Shown piece by piece: positions 61,062 through 64,000 of a stretch of DNA of 64,000 nucleotides. The stretch spans positions 14,696,001-14,760,000 of the forward strand of contig NC_086109.1 in NCBI RefSeq assembly GCF_963921235.1, read 5' to 3'. The stretch's first letter is position 1. The number at the start of each line of letters is the position of its first letter. This stretch comes from Mobula hypostoma. Taxonomy: Eukaryota. Under the pieces are notes generated by a model, which was given only the letters and a program-made list of their open reading frames with translations, did not search any database and was not told the origin of the DNA. A program made the translations under genes and the position numbers.

Positions 61062-63035
61062 TGTTTTAAGAAACTGTTTTAAGAGGTTCTTTTAATATGT
61101 TAATTTATGTTCCCCAACCCAGCAGTTACATCAATGTGTTAATCTGTGACCACCACCCTGCAGTTTTTACTCTTTCTTCCTTGGTCCTTTGAAAAATTGC
61201 GTGAAAGCCTTTCATGGTGGGCATTTTAAATTTTGAAGTTACTTCAAGGAAGAATAGTACAAGCATATTTTTTTTTGTTTTAACTTATCTGTTTCTTTTT
61301 GGGGTTGTGCTTCTTTTTTCATGGAATTGATTTAAAAGAACACAGATTCCACACTGGCTAGATGTAATCTGAGTTGAGGTAGAAATTTGTGCCTCTGTAT
61401 TCTGGATAAGATGCACACATTTCTGAGGGAAATGGGCATTTTGGGGAAAATTGCTCATTGGAAGATGATTAAAATCGGATTTAAAAATTAACAATTTTGG
61501 ATAGATTCAAAAATGTTGAGGGAACTTCTAAAAGTTTTTTACTAATAAGACTGCTTTCATTTATAGAATATAAAAGATGTTGCTAAGACCTTTGACATAT
61601 TGATTTTGAGTTTGAGATTTCTTGAAAAATAGTTTTGATGCAATCAGTTTTTTGTCATGTAAACTGCAAATGGAAAAAGGAAAGGAGGTTCTCTGGGGGT
61701 GGGGGTAGGGATCTACTCTAATACAGTCCATGGATGACCTCCTGTCGACCTCCCCAGGCAAGGAAGTCTGTTAGTGGACTTCCTCTACATTTTACATAAA
61801 CTAGCTGAGAAAGGTCATAGAGTATCAAAGCAGAAACTAGCTCGTACAACCAGAAGTTACTTATCTGGGACATACCTTATCCCAGGATACAAGGTCAGTG
61901 ATTAAGACTCAGTTTGAAGCAATAGTTAAAGCCACGCAGCCAACAACTCATAGGGAAGTGAAGCATTTCCTGGGGATGACCAGGTATTGCAGGCAGTGGA
62001 TCTTAGATTATGCTGCTATTGTTAGTTCTCTCCAGAAAATATCTCTCCCCAATCAGCCAGATACATTATACCCTGGAAAATGGGGAAGCATTTGAACATA
62101 TAAAACAAGCAATGATATCTGCTTCAGCTTTAGGCCTCCCAGACTATAAGACGGAGTTTTGCCTTTTTGTTCACCGTGTATGGTTTGTTAGATCGTTTTG
62201 ACTCAGAATTGCAGGGAAAGACAAAGGCAGGTTGTTTATTTCGGTGCTCAGAACCAATAGCCAAAAGTTTATCGGATTGTCTTCCAGCAGTGGCAGTCCC
62301 ATGCTGACTCGCCGTGCTGTCTAACATCTTAATCCCGCTAGGCAAACTAAGCACAGAATCGAGTTATTAATAAGCCCGAATGCTAGAATTACTCATTGTG
62401 CAACTCTTCTGGCCACTTTTCTCACAGAGGAAGACAGCGATCCACACTGCTGTGAAACTTACACAAGAAAATAAACCCTCACACGGACCTTACTGGTACT
62501 TTGATTGTTATTGCCAAATGAATTTTCTTTGTTGATGGTCCAGCTTTATGTAACGAAATGGGAAAAGCTGGGTGGTCAAAAAAAAATGGGAATGTCCTGA
62601 TGAACAGTTTCGGCCTGAAACGTCAACTGTACTCTTTTCCATAGATGCTGCCTGGCCTGCTGAGTTCCTCCAGTACTTTGCACATGTTGCTGGGAACAAC
62701 TGGGTTGTAAGCAACACCATTGTACGTGGCTTCACCCCAATAAACGCATCATGGCCCCAGGTAAACTGGTACCATGGATTGCCCAATGTATACTCAAGTA
62801 CACATTTGCGGGCAAGAGAGGAATGATTAATTACATAAACTAAATTTGGTATGACCCTGGAGTAACTCAAGTTGCGGAACAAATCTGAAGACAATGTATG
62901 CGATATGAGGTGTACAGTACCCTGCAAAATCGAGAAAATCTGGCATAAGTAACAGGGGTTCATACCCTGCCATTAAATGGCCTTTTATTTAGACTTTCGG
63001 ATAGACTTTATTGAATTGTCTTCATGTAAAGCGTC

Positions 63036-64000
63036 ACAAACAAAATAAAACCTGCAGATGCTGGAAATCCAAGCAACACACACACACAAATTGCTAGCCA
63101 GGCAGCATCTGGGGGAAAAAGTACAGTTGACGTTTCAGGCCAAGACCCTTCATCAGGACTGGAGAAAAAAAGCTGAAGAGTAGATTTAAAAGGAGGGGAG
63201 GGGAGGGGAGAGAGAACCACCAGGTGATAGGTGAAACTTGGAGGGGGACAGATGAAGTAAAGGGCTGGGAAGTTGAATGGCAGTGAGGGAGGAGGTGTAG
63301 GGGCAAGTGTAGCACTTGTCCCGCTTGCAAGGATAAGTGACAGGAGGGAGGTAAGTGGGGAGGGATGAATGGACAAGGGTGTCACACAGGGAGCAATCCC
63401 TGTGGAAAGCAGAAAGTGGCAAGAAGGGAAAGATGTGCTTGGTGGTGGGATCCCATTGGAGATGGCGGAAGTTTCAGAGAATTATTTGCTGGACGCGGAG
63501 GCTGGTGGGTTAGTAGGTGGGGACAAAAGGAACCAATCCCTGGTAGGGTGGCGGAAGGATAGGGTAAAACCACATCTTTCCCTCCCTCCTCCCACTTTCT
63601 GCTTTCCGCAGGGATCGATCCCTGCGTGACTCCCTTGTCCATTCATCCCTCCCCTCCAATCTCCCTCCTGTCACTTATCCTTGAAAGTGGAACAATTGCT
63701 ACACCTGCCCCTACACCTCCTCCCTCACTATCATTCAGGGCCCTAAACAGTCCTTCCAGGTGAGGCAACACTTCACCTGAGAGTCTTTTGGGGTCACTTA
63801 CTGTGTCTGGTGCTCCCGTTGTGGCCTCCTGTACATCAGTGAGACACAACATAGATAGGGAGACTGCTTCACCGAGCATCTAGGCTCCGTCTGCCAGAAT
63901 AAGTGTGATCTCTCAGTGGCCACCCATTTTAATTCCACTTCCCATTCCCATATGTCCATCCATGGCCTCCTCCACTGTTGTTATGAGGCCTCACTTAGGT
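63036..64000. mobile_element. Two Penelope-like fragments in inverted arrangement (63036-63570 minus, 63571-64000 plus)
   Basis: AFHRDCSLCDTLV..YPCKRDKCYTCP on minus, mirrored on plus and continuing into QVRQHFT..YCVWCSRCGLLYISET; hammerhead motif 63125-63160 (-). Confidence 0.88.

Overview
Repeat-dense eukaryotic DNA, most likely intronic or intergenic sequence from a cartilaginous fish (ray/skate-like repeat set; this is an inference). No recognisable host protein-coding gene, rRNA, true tRNA or CRISPR array was seen. Most of the window is nested transposon debris: CR1 and Rex1/Babar LINE fragments, tRNA-derived SINEs, Penelope-like (GIY-YIG) retroelements, hAT and Tc1/pogo DNA transposons and MITEs, solo LTRs, a decayed retrovirus-like provirus (about 58.4-63.0 kb) and long polypurine tracts. 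Most notable: (1) a 36-nt minimal hammerhead ribozyme motif with a palindromic stem III in the Penelope-like termini, recurring about 10 times with a stem-I covariation; (2) small fold-back insertions built from that terminus, with target-site duplications; (3) an HDV-like ribozyme fold at the 5' end of a non-autonomous RTE element; (4) a provirus with two candidate LTR/PBS junctions; (5) one candidate minus-strand host exon. Family names come from recognising motifs by eye, not from database searches. Boundaries are approximate except where TIRs or TSDs are quoted.
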